Assembly (NCBI GenBank): GCA_038214755.1
Contig: JBBQRQ010000004.1
Location: forward strand, 1-64,000
DNA length: 64,000 nucleotides
Direction: 5' to 3'
Source: Verrucomicrobiota bacterium
Lineage (GTDB): Bacteria > Verrucomicrobiota > Verrucomicrobiia > Limisphaerales > CANJXF01
Part shown: positions 37,081-46,026 of the stretch, in pieces
Layout: each line of letters opens with the position of its first letter
How positions within the stretch are numbered: the first letter of the stretch is position 1
Notes under the pieces: generated by a model
The model's input: the letters and a program-made list of their open reading frames with translations, nothing else
What the model was told of the DNA's origin: nothing
Database searches by the model: none
Position numbers and translations under genes: made by a program

Positions 37081-39225
37081 TTAAATTTTTACCGTGCCGA
37101 GGGCGGGGATGGGAATATCTTCGGCAGCGGGAATTTCTGAAACTATTTTCCACGGGACTTCGTAAATATTTACCGCGTTGCGAAAACCTTTTACTTTTTC
37201 CGGGGGCAACGCGACGCAAGTTGCGGCAAGGCGAGGGTCGTCGCGCTCGAGATCGCGGAAGGTGGCTTCGCCGATGATGATTCGCCCGCGGCCCGACACC
37301 CCTTCGAGGCGGCTGGCCAGATTTACTTCGCGGCCGAAAACGGTGTAATTCAAACCGTGCGTATCCGACCCCATCAGTCCGGCAATTATGGTGCCGGTGT
37401 TGATGCCGCTGCCGAGGGTCAAGAGAGGAAGCATTTGCAAAGGCGGCTGGCCGGTGGCGACTCTGGCCAGATTTTCCTGCTCGCGTTTTTTATTTTCGAG
37501 GGCGCGTTGTTGATTGAGCACGTGCATGGCGCGCTGCGAATCGATGGCGGCGCGAACACAGCAGAGCGCGTGTTGATGGTTGGTGATGGGCGCGCCCCAA
37601 AAAGCCATCACGCAATCGCCGATGTATTTGTCCAAAGTGCCGTGATGCTCTTTGACTTTGTCGGCGATGGTTCCGAGATAAAGGTTGACGGTGGCGAGAG
37701 TCTCCCGGGCTTGCGCGTCGAAATGCGCTTCAGCGGCCAGGCCGGTCAATTTGTTTTCCTGAACGTATTCTTCGGCGCGGGACTGGTGCAGATCAGTCAT
37801 TTCGGTGAAACCGCGCACGTCCGCGAAGTAAACGGTGATCTGACGGCGAGCGCCGCCGAGGGAAAGTTTTTGGACATTGAGAAGCTCGTTGACGACGCTG
37901 GGCGAAACCATTTTGGAAAAAACCGCTTTGACTCGACGCCGCTCGTTTTGCTCGACCAGAACGCGATAAGTCACCAGGCAGAGGTGACTTAACACCATGG
38001 CGAAGACGACCGGCACCACCAGCGGAATCCAATAGCGAAACTGCACAAACAAATAAAAACTCGCGGCGATGTAGAGCAGGATGGCGAGAGCGACGGAGAC
38101 GGACGCCGCCACGGCGCGCAATTGGAGAGTAAGCCACGCGGAGAGAACACCCGTGAGCACGATCAACAACACGGCAATGAGATAAGGGGTTGGGCGAATG
38201 AAGCGGTTCGTCAGAACGGAATTGGCGACGTTCCAATGTTTGCTAAGGAGGTAGTCTTGTTTGTTGAGCGGAGTCGCGCCGCGATCGGTGAGATTGTTGC
38301 CCACCAGGGTTGACCCGATGACGACTAATTTATTTTTGAACGGCGCATCCCCGGCCAGGTTACTTCGGCCCGATTCCGATCGAAACAAATCGAGAGCTTG
38401 CCGATACAAAGCGAGGTCTCCCGATTGGCGAATTTTATCAAACTCAATCAGCGCGCCGTAGGGCATCACCGTCAATCGCTTTGGATCATCCCAGGGGATG
38501 CTCCAGTTGATTAAAAAATCCCCGTTCTCATCGACTGGAATTATTCGTCGCTCGCCCGTCGATGAATTTAAAATAATTCTGCGCGGCTGGATGACGGCGC
38601 GGTCCAAATCCAAGGCGAGCGCCTTGGCGGCCAGAACAATCCCCATGTGCCAGCGGCGACCGTGCTGAGGATCATCCATGAAAACTTTGGCGCGGCGCAA
38701 CACGCCGTCGGAATCGGATTCCGCCGCGATGTCGCCCACCGCCATTGCGTTGGAGGCGAAAAGGGGCGGGGGAAAAATTTCCGACTCAGAAGCCAAAACA
38801 ACATTGCCGGCCGCGCGCATTTGGTCCGCAAAAAAAACGTCCGATTCAACCAGACTTCGGTCGGGCATGGCGACCAGTGAATCGAAGGGCCGCAGTTCAC
38901 CGAACAGGATGTCGAAACCGACCGCCGTGGCGCCCTGCGCAGCGAGTTCGCGCACAACTTTTCCGTGCAACTGTCGCGGGAATGGCCAGGCCAGGTTCCC
39001 CAAAATTTTGACAGTAATTTCGTCCAGCCGAATCACCGCCAGATTGGTGGCGGAAGGGACGGGAAATTTTTGAGCGACTTTGACGCGCTGATCGTAGGTG
39101 ACCCATTCCAGCCGTTTGAAAAAATCAAAACGATTGGAAAAAAATTGGGATTGAAAAAAACAGGCGAGGCTGATGGTGGTGACTGCGATGAGAACAGGAA
39201 CGGGCTTGAAGGACTTCAGGTTCAC
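37081..39225 (-). CDS. CHASE2-domain class III adenylate/guanylate cyclase
   Basis: WPFPR..H, GFDILF, D.DGVLRR; 3 TMs; FADVRGFT, DKYIGDCVMAFWG, YTVFG..VNLASRLE. Confidence 0.92.
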   Translation of the reverse strand: MNLKSFKPVPVLIAVTTISLACFFQSQFFSNRFDFFKRLEWVTYDQRVKVAQKFPVPSATNLAVIRLDEITVKILGNLAWPFPRQLHGKVVRELAAQGATAVGFDILFGELRPFDSLVAMPDRSLVESDVFFADQMRAAGNVVLASESEIFPPPLFASNAMAVGDIAAESDSDGVLRRAKVFMDDPQHGRRWHMGIVLAAKALALDLDRAVIQPRRIILNSSTGERRIIPVDENGDFLINWSIPWDDPKRLTVMPYGALIEFDKIRQSGDLALYRQALDLFRSESGRSNLAGDAPFKNKLVVIGSTLVGNNLTDRGATPLNKQDYLLSKHWNVANSVLTNRFIRPTPYLIAVLLIVLTGVLSAWLTLQLRAVAASVSVALAILLYIAASFYLFVQFRYWIPLVVPVVFAMVLSHLCLVTYRVLVEQNERRRVKAVFSKMVSPSVVNELLNVQKLSLGGARRQITVYFADVRGFTEMTDLHQSRAEEYVQENKLTGLAAEAHFDAQARETLATVNLYLGTIADKVKEHHGTLDKYIGDCVMAFWGAPITNHQHALCCVRAAIDSQRAMHVLNQQRALENKKREQENLARVATGQPPLQMLPLLTLGSGINTGTIIAGLMGSDTHGLNYTVFGREVNLASRLEGVSGRGRIIIGEATFRDLERDDPRLAATCVALPPEKVKGFRNAVNIYEVPWKIVSEIPAAEDIPIPALGTVKI

Positions 39226-39240
39226 TTACGCGAGCTAAAC

Positions 39241-39277
39241 AAAAAACCCAGAGCAACACAAGGTCACTCTGGGTTTG
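39241..39277 (-). terminator. Terminator after the FecR-domain gene
   Basis: AAACCCAGAG...CTCTGGGTTT hairpin with a T run on the minus strand. Confidence 0.65.
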
Positions 39278-39314
39278 AAACCCGGTTAATTAGAACGGCC
39301 TAAACTCACTCTCC

Positions 39315-40088
39315 CTATGGGGAGGGTTCGCGCGGAACAAAGGGAGCGCCAATCGTGGGAGAAACCCGTTGTTCGATCGCGGAGATGACGGACGGTAAAG
39401 TTCGTGTCGGAGGATTTGCGTTGAGAAGCAAAGCGATTTGATCCCGGTAAAATTCCAAGAGTTGGGCGGGAGCTGGCTTCACGGGACTTCCCGGTGTCCA
39501 GGATTCACCGGCATTGAGCACAACAGTTTCAGGAGTGCCATTGACCATCGCTACCACGACCAGCGTGCCGTCCACGTCGGTGAAGGTGACTTCGTAGGTT
39601 CCATCGGCGCGTTGTTTGACCGAGACAACGTAATCAGTCCCGCGAATACCGGCGACGCCGTTCGGGGTTTTGATTTCGTATTTGGAGGCTTTGGCCAACT
39701 TCTTGACGTTGCCAATCAGGGTTCCGTTTTGAACGCTGAGCCGAGTTTCAATGACGCTGTCCATGCCGGTGCCGGCGAAAGTTAATTTATCGAGACTGAC
39801 GGTGGAATTGGGAGCGATACGGATCAGTGGTCCATTTGGGCCGAGATCCAAATCGACGATCGACTCCACGGCCGTTTTCACGGTCGAGCCTGGATGAAGG
39901 GTTGCTCCGGTCTTGAGCGGAACCCACGCGCCGCTGTCGGCGGAGTATTGAGCCGAGCCTTTTATTTGACGAACCTTTGCGCTGCCTTGCTGCATGGTTT
40001 GCGCGTTGAGATCAAAAGCCAGGGAGGTCAATGCCAAGGCGGAGACGCAAGCGAGGAGCTTGCCCGTGAAGTTTCCAAATAGTTTCAT
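39315..40088 (-). CDS. Secreted FecR-domain protein
   Basis: Signal peptide; L..G..V.T..ES.VDL, YEIKTPNGVAGIRGT. Confidence 0.87.
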   Translation of the reverse strand: MKLFGNFTGKLLACVSALALTSLAFDLNAQTMQQGSAKVRQIKGSAQYSADSGAWVPLKTGATLHPGSTVKTAVESIVDLDLGPNGPLIRIAPNSTVSLDKLTFAGTGMDSVIETRLSVQNGTLIGNVKKLAKASKYEIKTPNGVAGIRGTDYVVSVKQRADGTYEVTFTDVDGTLVVVAMVNGTPETVVLNAGESWTPGSPVKPAPAQLLEFYRDQIALLLNANPPTRTLPSVISAIEQRVSPTIGAPFVPREPSP

Positions 40089-40148
40089 AGTTTTATTAGT
40101 AAAACGTTGTTTCGAGTGAAAGCAAATTAGGGATTCAATTACCGGCTG

Positions 40149-41249
40149 TCAATTATTTATCTGCGATAATTTGGCGACGGTGTCCGAGACCAAAGCTGGC
40201 GGCACTTTAACCCCAAAAACGACTTTCCCAATTTTTTTTGCCAGGACAAACCGCGCTTCGCCGCCGCTGACTTTTTTGTCCAGTTGCATCGCTTTGAATA
40301 ATTTTTTTTGTTCTGCGGGCGATAATTTTATCGTGGTGGGCAACTGCGCGGCGGAAAAGAGATTGATGATCCGCGCTACGTCTGATTCCGGCAGCGCGCA
40401 AATGGGCGCGGAAAGTCTGGCCGCTGCAACCTGTCCGATGGAGATCGCTTCTCCATGAAGATATTTGCCGTAACCGGAAATGGCTTCAATGGCGTGCCCG
40501 ATGGTGTGGCCGAAATTTAAAATGGCGCGGAGGCCGGATTCCGTTTCGTCCTGCGCCACCACCTCAGCCTTGATCTGGCAACAACGCGCGATGATCGACG
40601 CCAAAATTTTGGAATCCTGCTGAAGAATTTTTGGCAAATCGCGCTCCAGATTTTTGAACAGCGTCGCGTCGTAGATGATCCCGTATTTGATTACTTCGGC
40701 TAGACCGGCGCGAAATTCCCGGTCCGGCAAAGTTTTCAATGCGCCCAAATCGCACAGCACCAGGCGCGGTTGATAAAATGCGCCGACTAAATTTTTTCCC
40801 GCCCGCAAATTGACTCCGACCTTTCCGCCCACCGAACTATCGACCTGCGCGAGCAAAGTGGTCGGCGCCTGGACGAAAGGGATTCCGCGCAGATAAGTCG
40901 CGGCAACGAACCCGGCCAAGTCGCCAACCACGCCGCCGCCCAGAGCAACGACCAAAGATTTCCGCTCGATTCGATGGGCGGCGAGTTGGTCGTAACAATC
41001 GTGAACGGTTTCCAGATTTTTCGCGGTTTCTCCAGCGGGAATGGTGATGAGAACTGGATCAAAGCCGGCAAGACGCAGGGAACGCATCGCGGTCTTTCCA
41101 TAAAGGGCGGCAACGTTGCGATCGGAAATGACGGCGCAACGTTTGGCAAATTTGAAACGAACGCAACGTTGACCGAGTTCGGGAAGCAAATTCGTTCCGA
41201 TCAAAATCGAATACGTTCTTGGCCCGAGATTCACGTTCACGGTCTTCAT
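40149..41249 (-). CDS. aroB: 3-dehydroquinate synthase
   Basis: GGGVVGDLAGF, PTTLLAQVDSSVGGK, LNFGHTIGHAIE, HGEAI, DKK. Confidence 0.96.
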   Translation of the reverse strand: MKTVNVNLGPRTYSILIGTNLLPELGQRCVRFKFAKRCAVISDRNVAALYGKTAMRSLRLAGFDPVLITIPAGETAKNLETVHDCYDQLAAHRIERKSLVVALGGGVVGDLAGFVAATYLRGIPFVQAPTTLLAQVDSSVGGKVGVNLRAGKNLVGAFYQPRLVLCDLGALKTLPDREFRAGLAEVIKYGIIYDATLFKNLERDLPKILQQDSKILASIIARCCQIKAEVVAQDETESGLRAILNFGHTIGHAIEAISGYGKYLHGEAISIGQVAAARLSAPICALPESDVARIINLFSAAQLPTTIKLSPAEQKKLFKAMQLDKKVSGGEARFVLAKKIGKVVFGVKVPPALVSDTVAKLSQINN

Positions 41250-41375
41250 ACGAAAACGATAGGTCTTGAAAACGATAGGTCTTTCGCGGGAGGAGAAAAC
41301 AAAAAACCGTAGAGGTCACGCGCGAGGTTTTTTTGCGAAGATATTCTTTGAGCGAAAGAAATTAGCCCGCAGCGC

Positions 41376-41509
41376 GAAATCCGAAATCCGAAAGAAATCC
41401 GAAGCTCGAAAGCCGAAAGTGGGTGCGGAACTTTCTTGGGTGGCGAGGCACGGTCCGTGACGCTGGCGGGAAGTCGTTTCGATATTCGGATTTCGGGGAT
41501 TCGGATTTC
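41376..41509. repeat. Intergenic copy of the (CCGAAAT)n/(ATTTCGG)n element
   Basis: GAAATCCGAAAGAAATCCGAAGCTCGAAAGCCGAAAG is the near-exact reverse complement of 14792-14830. Confidence 0.85.
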
Positions 41510-41514
41510 AAGCC

Positions 41515-41769
41515 TTACGCGACGACCGCTGCTTCCATTTCGCCGTTGTTGCCGATCGCCTCGACCGGGCAGCCTTCCATCGCTTCTTTGCACTGGGCTT
41601 CTTCGTCCGGCGTGGTGGGTTGTTTGAACACGTAGGAGTAACCGCCGTCGTCGTTGCGGGTGAAATTGCTCGGCGCAGTTTCGCGGCAGAGGTCGCAATC
41701 GATGCACTGGTTATCCACGTAATATTTGCCACCCACGTTTTCCGGATATTTATTTGCGATGTCAGCCAT
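41515..41769 (-). CDS. Ferredoxin (single 4Fe-4S cluster type)
   Basis: YYVD.QCIDCDLC...AP..F ... GCPVEAIG. Confidence 0.92.
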   Translation of the reverse strand: MADIANKYPENVGGKYYVDNQCIDCDLCRETAPSNFTRNDDGGYSYVFKQPTTPDEEAQCKEAMEGCPVEAIGNNGEMEAAVVA

Positions 41770-41892
41770 AAAAATTTTTGTTGCGTCGGGAATATATGTT
41801 TCGCTACAGGCGGGTTTCAAGTGTTGATTTTTTTCCGGCGGCACTTTCTTCCACAAGTTTGAACTTAAAACTTTGGGCTTCGAACTATTCTC

Positions 41893-42948
41893 TCAAAATC
41901 CATTCAGCAAATCGATCAACTGACGCAAACGCCCGTATTGTCTGCGATCAAACCCAAAAGCGATTCGCTGCAACTCGACCAAATCATTATCCTCCCGTTC
42001 CTCCGCTGTCGCCTCGATCACGTGCATTTTTTCTCCGCTGATGATGTCGGCGAAATCCTCATTCAATCCTTCGAGGGCGGCCTCCGATGGCGCGCGTTTG
42101 AGCCGCAGAATAAAAAGGTCTTTGACAAACCGGCTCGAATGATAGTTGCGATAGAAACGCGAAATCCATTTCACCGCTTGATCCGCGTCATCGGTGATTT
42201 GATAAAGATGCAAATCGTCGGGCGAAATCAGTTGGTCGCGCAATAAATGTTCGCGGACATTTTTGTCCCACGTTTTCCAATAAGTGCCGCCCGGTTTGTC
42301 CATCAAGACCAGCGGCATGAGGCGATGCTTGCCGGTCTGCATCAGCGTGATGGCTTCGTAACCTTCGTCGAGCGTGCCGAAGCCGCCGGGAAATAAAACA
42401 AACGCATCGGAGTGCCGGACAAAAGTCAGTTTGCGTGTGAAAAAATATTTGAAGGTCACCAACTTTTTATCTTTGTCGATGATCGGGTTCGCGCCTTGCT
42501 CCCAAGGCAGACGAATGTTCGCGCCAAAACTTTTTTCCAGTCCCGCGCCTTCGTGTCCGGCCTGCATGATTCCCGGCCCCGCGCCGGTGATAACCATGTA
42601 ACCGGCCGCGACAATTTTCCGCGCGAAATCCACCGCCTGCATATATTCCTGCTTCGTCGGCAACGTCCGCGCCGAACCGAAAATCGTCACCTTGCGCGTT
42701 TCGTGATAGGGAGCAAACAAACGAAAGGCGTAACGGAGTTCGCGCACCGCCGTGCGGATGACCCGCACGTCCCCGCGATCTTTCACATCGGTCAAAAGTT
42801 TCAGCGCATTGACGATGATGTCCTCGACGTGATCGGGATTATAACCGCCGCCTTTGAAAGCGATCAGGTCTTGAATCCGCTTTTTCAATTCGGGATCGAC
42901 GGGTGTTTTTTCCAACTTTTCGCCCGGTGTTCTTTCTAACTTGTCCAT
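41893..42948 (-). CDS. LOG family (TIGR00730-like) protein, long form
   Basis: VTIFGSAR, ITGAGPGIM, FKYFFTRK, PGGFGTLDE. Confidence 0.92.
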   Translation of the reverse strand: MDKLERTPGEKLEKTPVDPELKKRIQDLIAFKGGGYNPDHVEDIIVNALKLLTDVKDRGDVRVIRTAVRELRYAFRLFAPYHETRKVTIFGSARTLPTKQEYMQAVDFARKIVAAGYMVITGAGPGIMQAGHEGAGLEKSFGANIRLPWEQGANPIIDKDKKLVTFKYFFTRKLTFVRHSDAFVLFPGGFGTLDEGYEAITLMQTGKHRLMPLVLMDKPGGTYWKTWDKNVREHLLRDQLISPDDLHLYQITDDADQAVKWISRFYRNYHSSRFVKDLFILRLKRAPSEAALEGLNEDFADIISGEKMHVIEATAEEREDNDLVELQRIAFGFDRRQYGRLRQLIDLLNGF

Positions 42949-43032
42949 CGCGGGAGAGTAGCGGGGCAGGAGGCAAAAGCAACTTCACAGAACTCAGGAG
43001 AGATTTCGCCGAAAGAAAATTTCGGGCATTGA

Positions 43033-43129
43033 ACCCATGAACCGTAGCCGCCGACGTGGGGAGGCGGACTTGACTTGGCGTGCGAGGTTCCACCTTCTCA
43101 GGTCGGCGGCTACCGGCAGGTTCGTGGGT
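43033..43129. repeat. REP doublet wrapped by ACCCATGAACC/GGTTCGTGGGT inverted ends
   Basis: Inner GTAGCCGCCGAC...GTCGGCGGCTAC at 43044-43113. Confidence 0.7.
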
Positions 43130-43249
43130 AGAGTTTGGAGCGCCGAGCATTGCTCAGTAATGGCAGTTAACGGCAAACTATAATCACTCCGCGTTGAGCC
43201 ATCGTTGTTGCGCGCGTCGGAAATCTTCTGTTAATTGTCACTCCATTTT

Positions 43250-43333
43250 GCGCGAGTGGTGAAATGGCAGACACGCCAGACTTAGGATCTGGTCCCGCAA
43301 GGGGTGGAGGTTCAAGTCCTCTCTCGCGCACCA
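43250..43333 (+). tRNA. tRNA-Leu (TAG)
   Basis: Acceptor stem GCGCGAG/CTCGCGC, anticodon arm CCAGA-CTTAGGA-TCTGG, long variable arm, GGTTCAAGTCC T-arm, encoded CCA. Confidence 0.96.
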
Positions 43334-43339
43334 AATTGC

Positions 43340-43463
43340 CAACTTCAAACACCAAACTTCAAACACCAAACACCAAACACCAAACACCAAACACCAAACA
43401 CCAAACACCAAACACCAAACACCAAACACCAAACACCAAACACCAAACACCAAACACCAAACA
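43340..43463 (+). repeat. Tandem heptamer (CAAACAC)n, about 15 perfect units plus degenerate units
   Basis: Visible directly. Confidence 0.97.
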
Positions 43464-43467
43464 TCAA

Positions 43468-44481
43468 TCACCTGTTCGCCCGGGTTTGCGCAGCGATGGT
43501 TTCCAAGTCAACGAGCGTGGCACGGCCTTTGGATTTCTTCACTAAATCGCAAATCAATTCAATCGCTTTGAATTCTGGATCGCTGGGATAAAGCACCGCC
43601 GGATGCGCGAGAAAGTCGTAAACCTCTCCGTGCGCAATCGCCCATTCGACCCCGAGGCGAATCGCTTTCAGAAAATCAGCGAGCTTCCATTTGCCATTTC
43701 GAAAAGCGCCGATATCGCTGATCGGACTCATCGGAATATCAATCAAGCCGCTGGGATAAATAAATGGTTGCGCGTCGTTTTGCGCTCGAATGATATCGTC
43801 GAAAACTTTCTTGGTTGGCGCTGAGCCGGGATCGCCATACAAGTGCGCCGGATATTTGCAACTGATCCATTTGAAACCCAAATCCAAAAACATCTGTTGC
43901 ACGTCCGGGGTCGGAGTGAGTCCGTCGGCAAAACCGCCCGGCGTGCGAAAACCGGCTGGCTCAATTCCCAGCCGCGATTTGATCGCGGCGCTCGCCATCT
44001 GAATATTTTCGCGAATGACATCCAGCGGCTTCTTTCCCTCGACCAGCCACGGCGCGCGTTTGAAAATGTATTGAACTTCATCCAGCGTTTTTGCCCGGAC
44101 AAAAACGTGATCGTAGGTGTGGTTGCCAATGCGATGGCCCATCGCCAAAATTTCTTTGAGCCAATCGACGTTCTCCTGCTCCAGCGCGCGACCAACCAGA
44201 AAAAAATGGATGATGCCGCCATGAGCTTTCACGCGTCGCGCTGCTTCAACCGCGTATGTTTTTGTTTCGTCATTGAGATTTCCCTTTTCATAATCCCAAT
44301 GCGTGTCGTCCCAGTTCGGAAAATTTCGCGCCATTTCCAAATCAAGAGTGATGGCGATGAGCGCCTTCTTCGCCGGATTTTTTTTCTGTTCCTGCGCAAA
44401 CAGTTTTTCGCCGAGAGCAATTCCGCTCGTAGCCAGCGCGGAAGTTTTCAAAAAATCGCGTCGCGAAAAAACGGGTAGCAT
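43468..44481 (-). CDS. Polysaccharide deacetylase (CE4/NodB-like), Tat-exported
   Basis: SRRDFLK, ITLDLE, HFFLVG, GNHTYDH, GFRTPGG, FLAHP; start uncertain. Confidence 0.85.
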   Translation of the reverse strand: MLPVFSRRDFLKTSALATSGIALGEKLFAQEQKKNPAKKALIAITLDLEMARNFPNWDDTHWDYEKGNLNDETKTYAVEAARRVKAHGGIIHFFLVGRALEQENVDWLKEILAMGHRIGNHTYDHVFVRAKTLDEVQYIFKRAPWLVEGKKPLDVIRENIQMASAAIKSRLGIEPAGFRTPGGFADGLTPTPDVQQMFLDLGFKWISCKYPAHLYGDPGSAPTKKVFDDIIRAQNDAQPFIYPSGLIDIPMSPISDIGAFRNGKWKLADFLKAIRLGVEWAIAHGEVYDFLAHPAVLYPSDPEFKAIELICDLVKKSKGRATLVDLETIAAQTRANR

Positions 44482-44576
44482 CTGCCTCCAGCGGGTGCGA
44501 AGAGAGGAATTTTTCAAGAGCGCTTTCACAAAATTATTTCGAGTTTTGCAGGCGAGTGGTGGTTTCAATCTCCGCT

Positions 44577-44677
44577 AAAGCGCCAGAGGACTGGCGCACT
44601 CTAAGACGCTTCGCGCCATTCCAAACGGATTGTCCAGCGCGCGAGCGTCTTGGAGTGCGGTAGTCCTCTACCGCTTT
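44577..44677. repeat. Free REP doublet of cargo type B (no MITE ends)
   Basis: AAAGCGCCAGAGGACTGGCGCACTC...TTGGAGTGCGG...CCGCTTT matches the interiors of the 24276 and 55586 elements. Confidence 0.88.
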
Positions 44678-44738
44678 TCCCAGCGTTCATCCAACCTTTG
44701 CGGACTGTTTCCATGAAATTGATTTTGAAACTCGCCTT

Positions 44739-45821
44739 TTATTTTTGCCCAACACTCGCCCGCGAAACCCCGGCGCTACCCTCGAACTTGATCCACGAAA
44801 TCTGCGTCACCAGTTGATTGAGCGACGCAAAGGAAATGTGCGCGCTCGTCGTGAATCGCGGAGTAGCTGCGGCAGGAAATGTCGCCAGCGTCGTATCGCC
44901 GACGAGAAAGACATTAAAGTCTTTGGAGAGATTTTCATAACCCGCGCAGGTTCGCGCGTAGCACATGTCCGCCGCATAACCGGTGAGCAGCACGTGACGA
45001 ATTCCATTTCCCTGAAGAAACTTTTTCAGCGCGGGATAACCTTCGCCGTCATAAATGATCACATCCGCGGGATCGAGATCGATGTCGGTCGTCACTGGGA
45101 TCGGCAGTTCCCAAAATCCTTTGGGATCATATTTGTCGCCCGCATCCAAACCGGGAAACTGTTTGAAATAATCGATGACCGGTGTCTCGCGCGACAATTT
45201 GAGGGAAGCGGGGAGCGGTTCGCCGCGATAAACAAAACCGGTCAGTTTCGCTTTCAACTCTTTTGCGCCCTCCTTCCGTTCCGTTTCCGGCGGTGATCCT
45301 TTGAACGAGCGATACAATTTTTTCCGAATCGGATCCTCATTGCCGGGGAGGCTGAGCAAAACCAACGAAACTTTTCCGCGCATCGATTTCAGAAAAGGAT
45401 TGATGACATTATGCGTGTGCTGGGCAGCGAGATGATTTTTTTGCGGCGTGCAAAAATCCGCGACACCCGCCGGATCCGGGGTGTCCCATCCTTGCCCATC
45501 ATCAATCCCCCACGGATGAACCATGATGACCGCCGTCTCTTTGGCGCGCAATCGGTTCGGCATTTCGATGATGCCGCGAGCGTTGTAGGAAAATCGCCAG
45601 GCGCGCACCGACAAATCGGCGTCTGCGTCATCGACGAGAATCGGCGCTTCGAAACGGTTGGTCTCGCGGATCGGCTCGACCCATTCTGGATCGTCGGCGA
45701 GGAGAGGCTGGGGATTTTTAATTGGCGTCAGGGTGTTTTGATAAAGACGCGTTTCATCGGCGGGCGCAGCCAACCCGCTCGCCAAAAAGCACAGCGCGCA
45801 AATTTTTGCGAGTGGCTTCAT
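44739..45821 (-). CDS. Secreted isochorismatase/cysteine-hydrolase-like protein
   Basis: Signal peptide; GIRHVLLTGYAADMC, VFLVGDTT. Confidence 0.65.
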   Translation of the reverse strand: MKPLAKICALCFLASGLAAPADETRLYQNTLTPIKNPQPLLADDPEWVEPIRETNRFEAPILVDDADADLSVRAWRFSYNARGIIEMPNRLRAKETAVIMVHPWGIDDGQGWDTPDPAGVADFCTPQKNHLAAQHTHNVINPFLKSMRGKVSLVLLSLPGNEDPIRKKLYRSFKGSPPETERKEGAKELKAKLTGFVYRGEPLPASLKLSRETPVIDYFKQFPGLDAGDKYDPKGFWELPIPVTTDIDLDPADVIIYDGEGYPALKKFLQGNGIRHVLLTGYAADMCYARTCAGYENLSKDFNVFLVGDTTLATFPAAATPRFTTSAHISFASLNQLVTQISWIKFEGSAGVSRASVGQK

Positions 45822-46026
45822 CGTTGGCGATTGAAGATCGCCGGCGAACTTTTTTGAATTTGCGGTGGTGAACATGGAAGAGAGTTACCAATTCGGTGTG
45901 ACCATCGCGAGACGAATTTGAGTCGGCTCCTCCCTTCGACGAAATCAGGTCGTCCGAAATCAGTCTGTAATTCTTTGATTCAAAGCTCGCCTCACCCAAA
46001 GCGGCGGGATAACGTCTGGACGCTCA

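Noticed and set aside
43250..43333. tRNA-Leu as a prophage or island attachment site
   Set aside because: No integrase and no duplicated tRNA 3' end elsewhere in the window
43238..43591. ORFs with (VWCLVFG)n or (TPNTKHQ)n repeats
   Set aside because: Translations of the heptamer tract overlapping the tRNA; no evidence of coding
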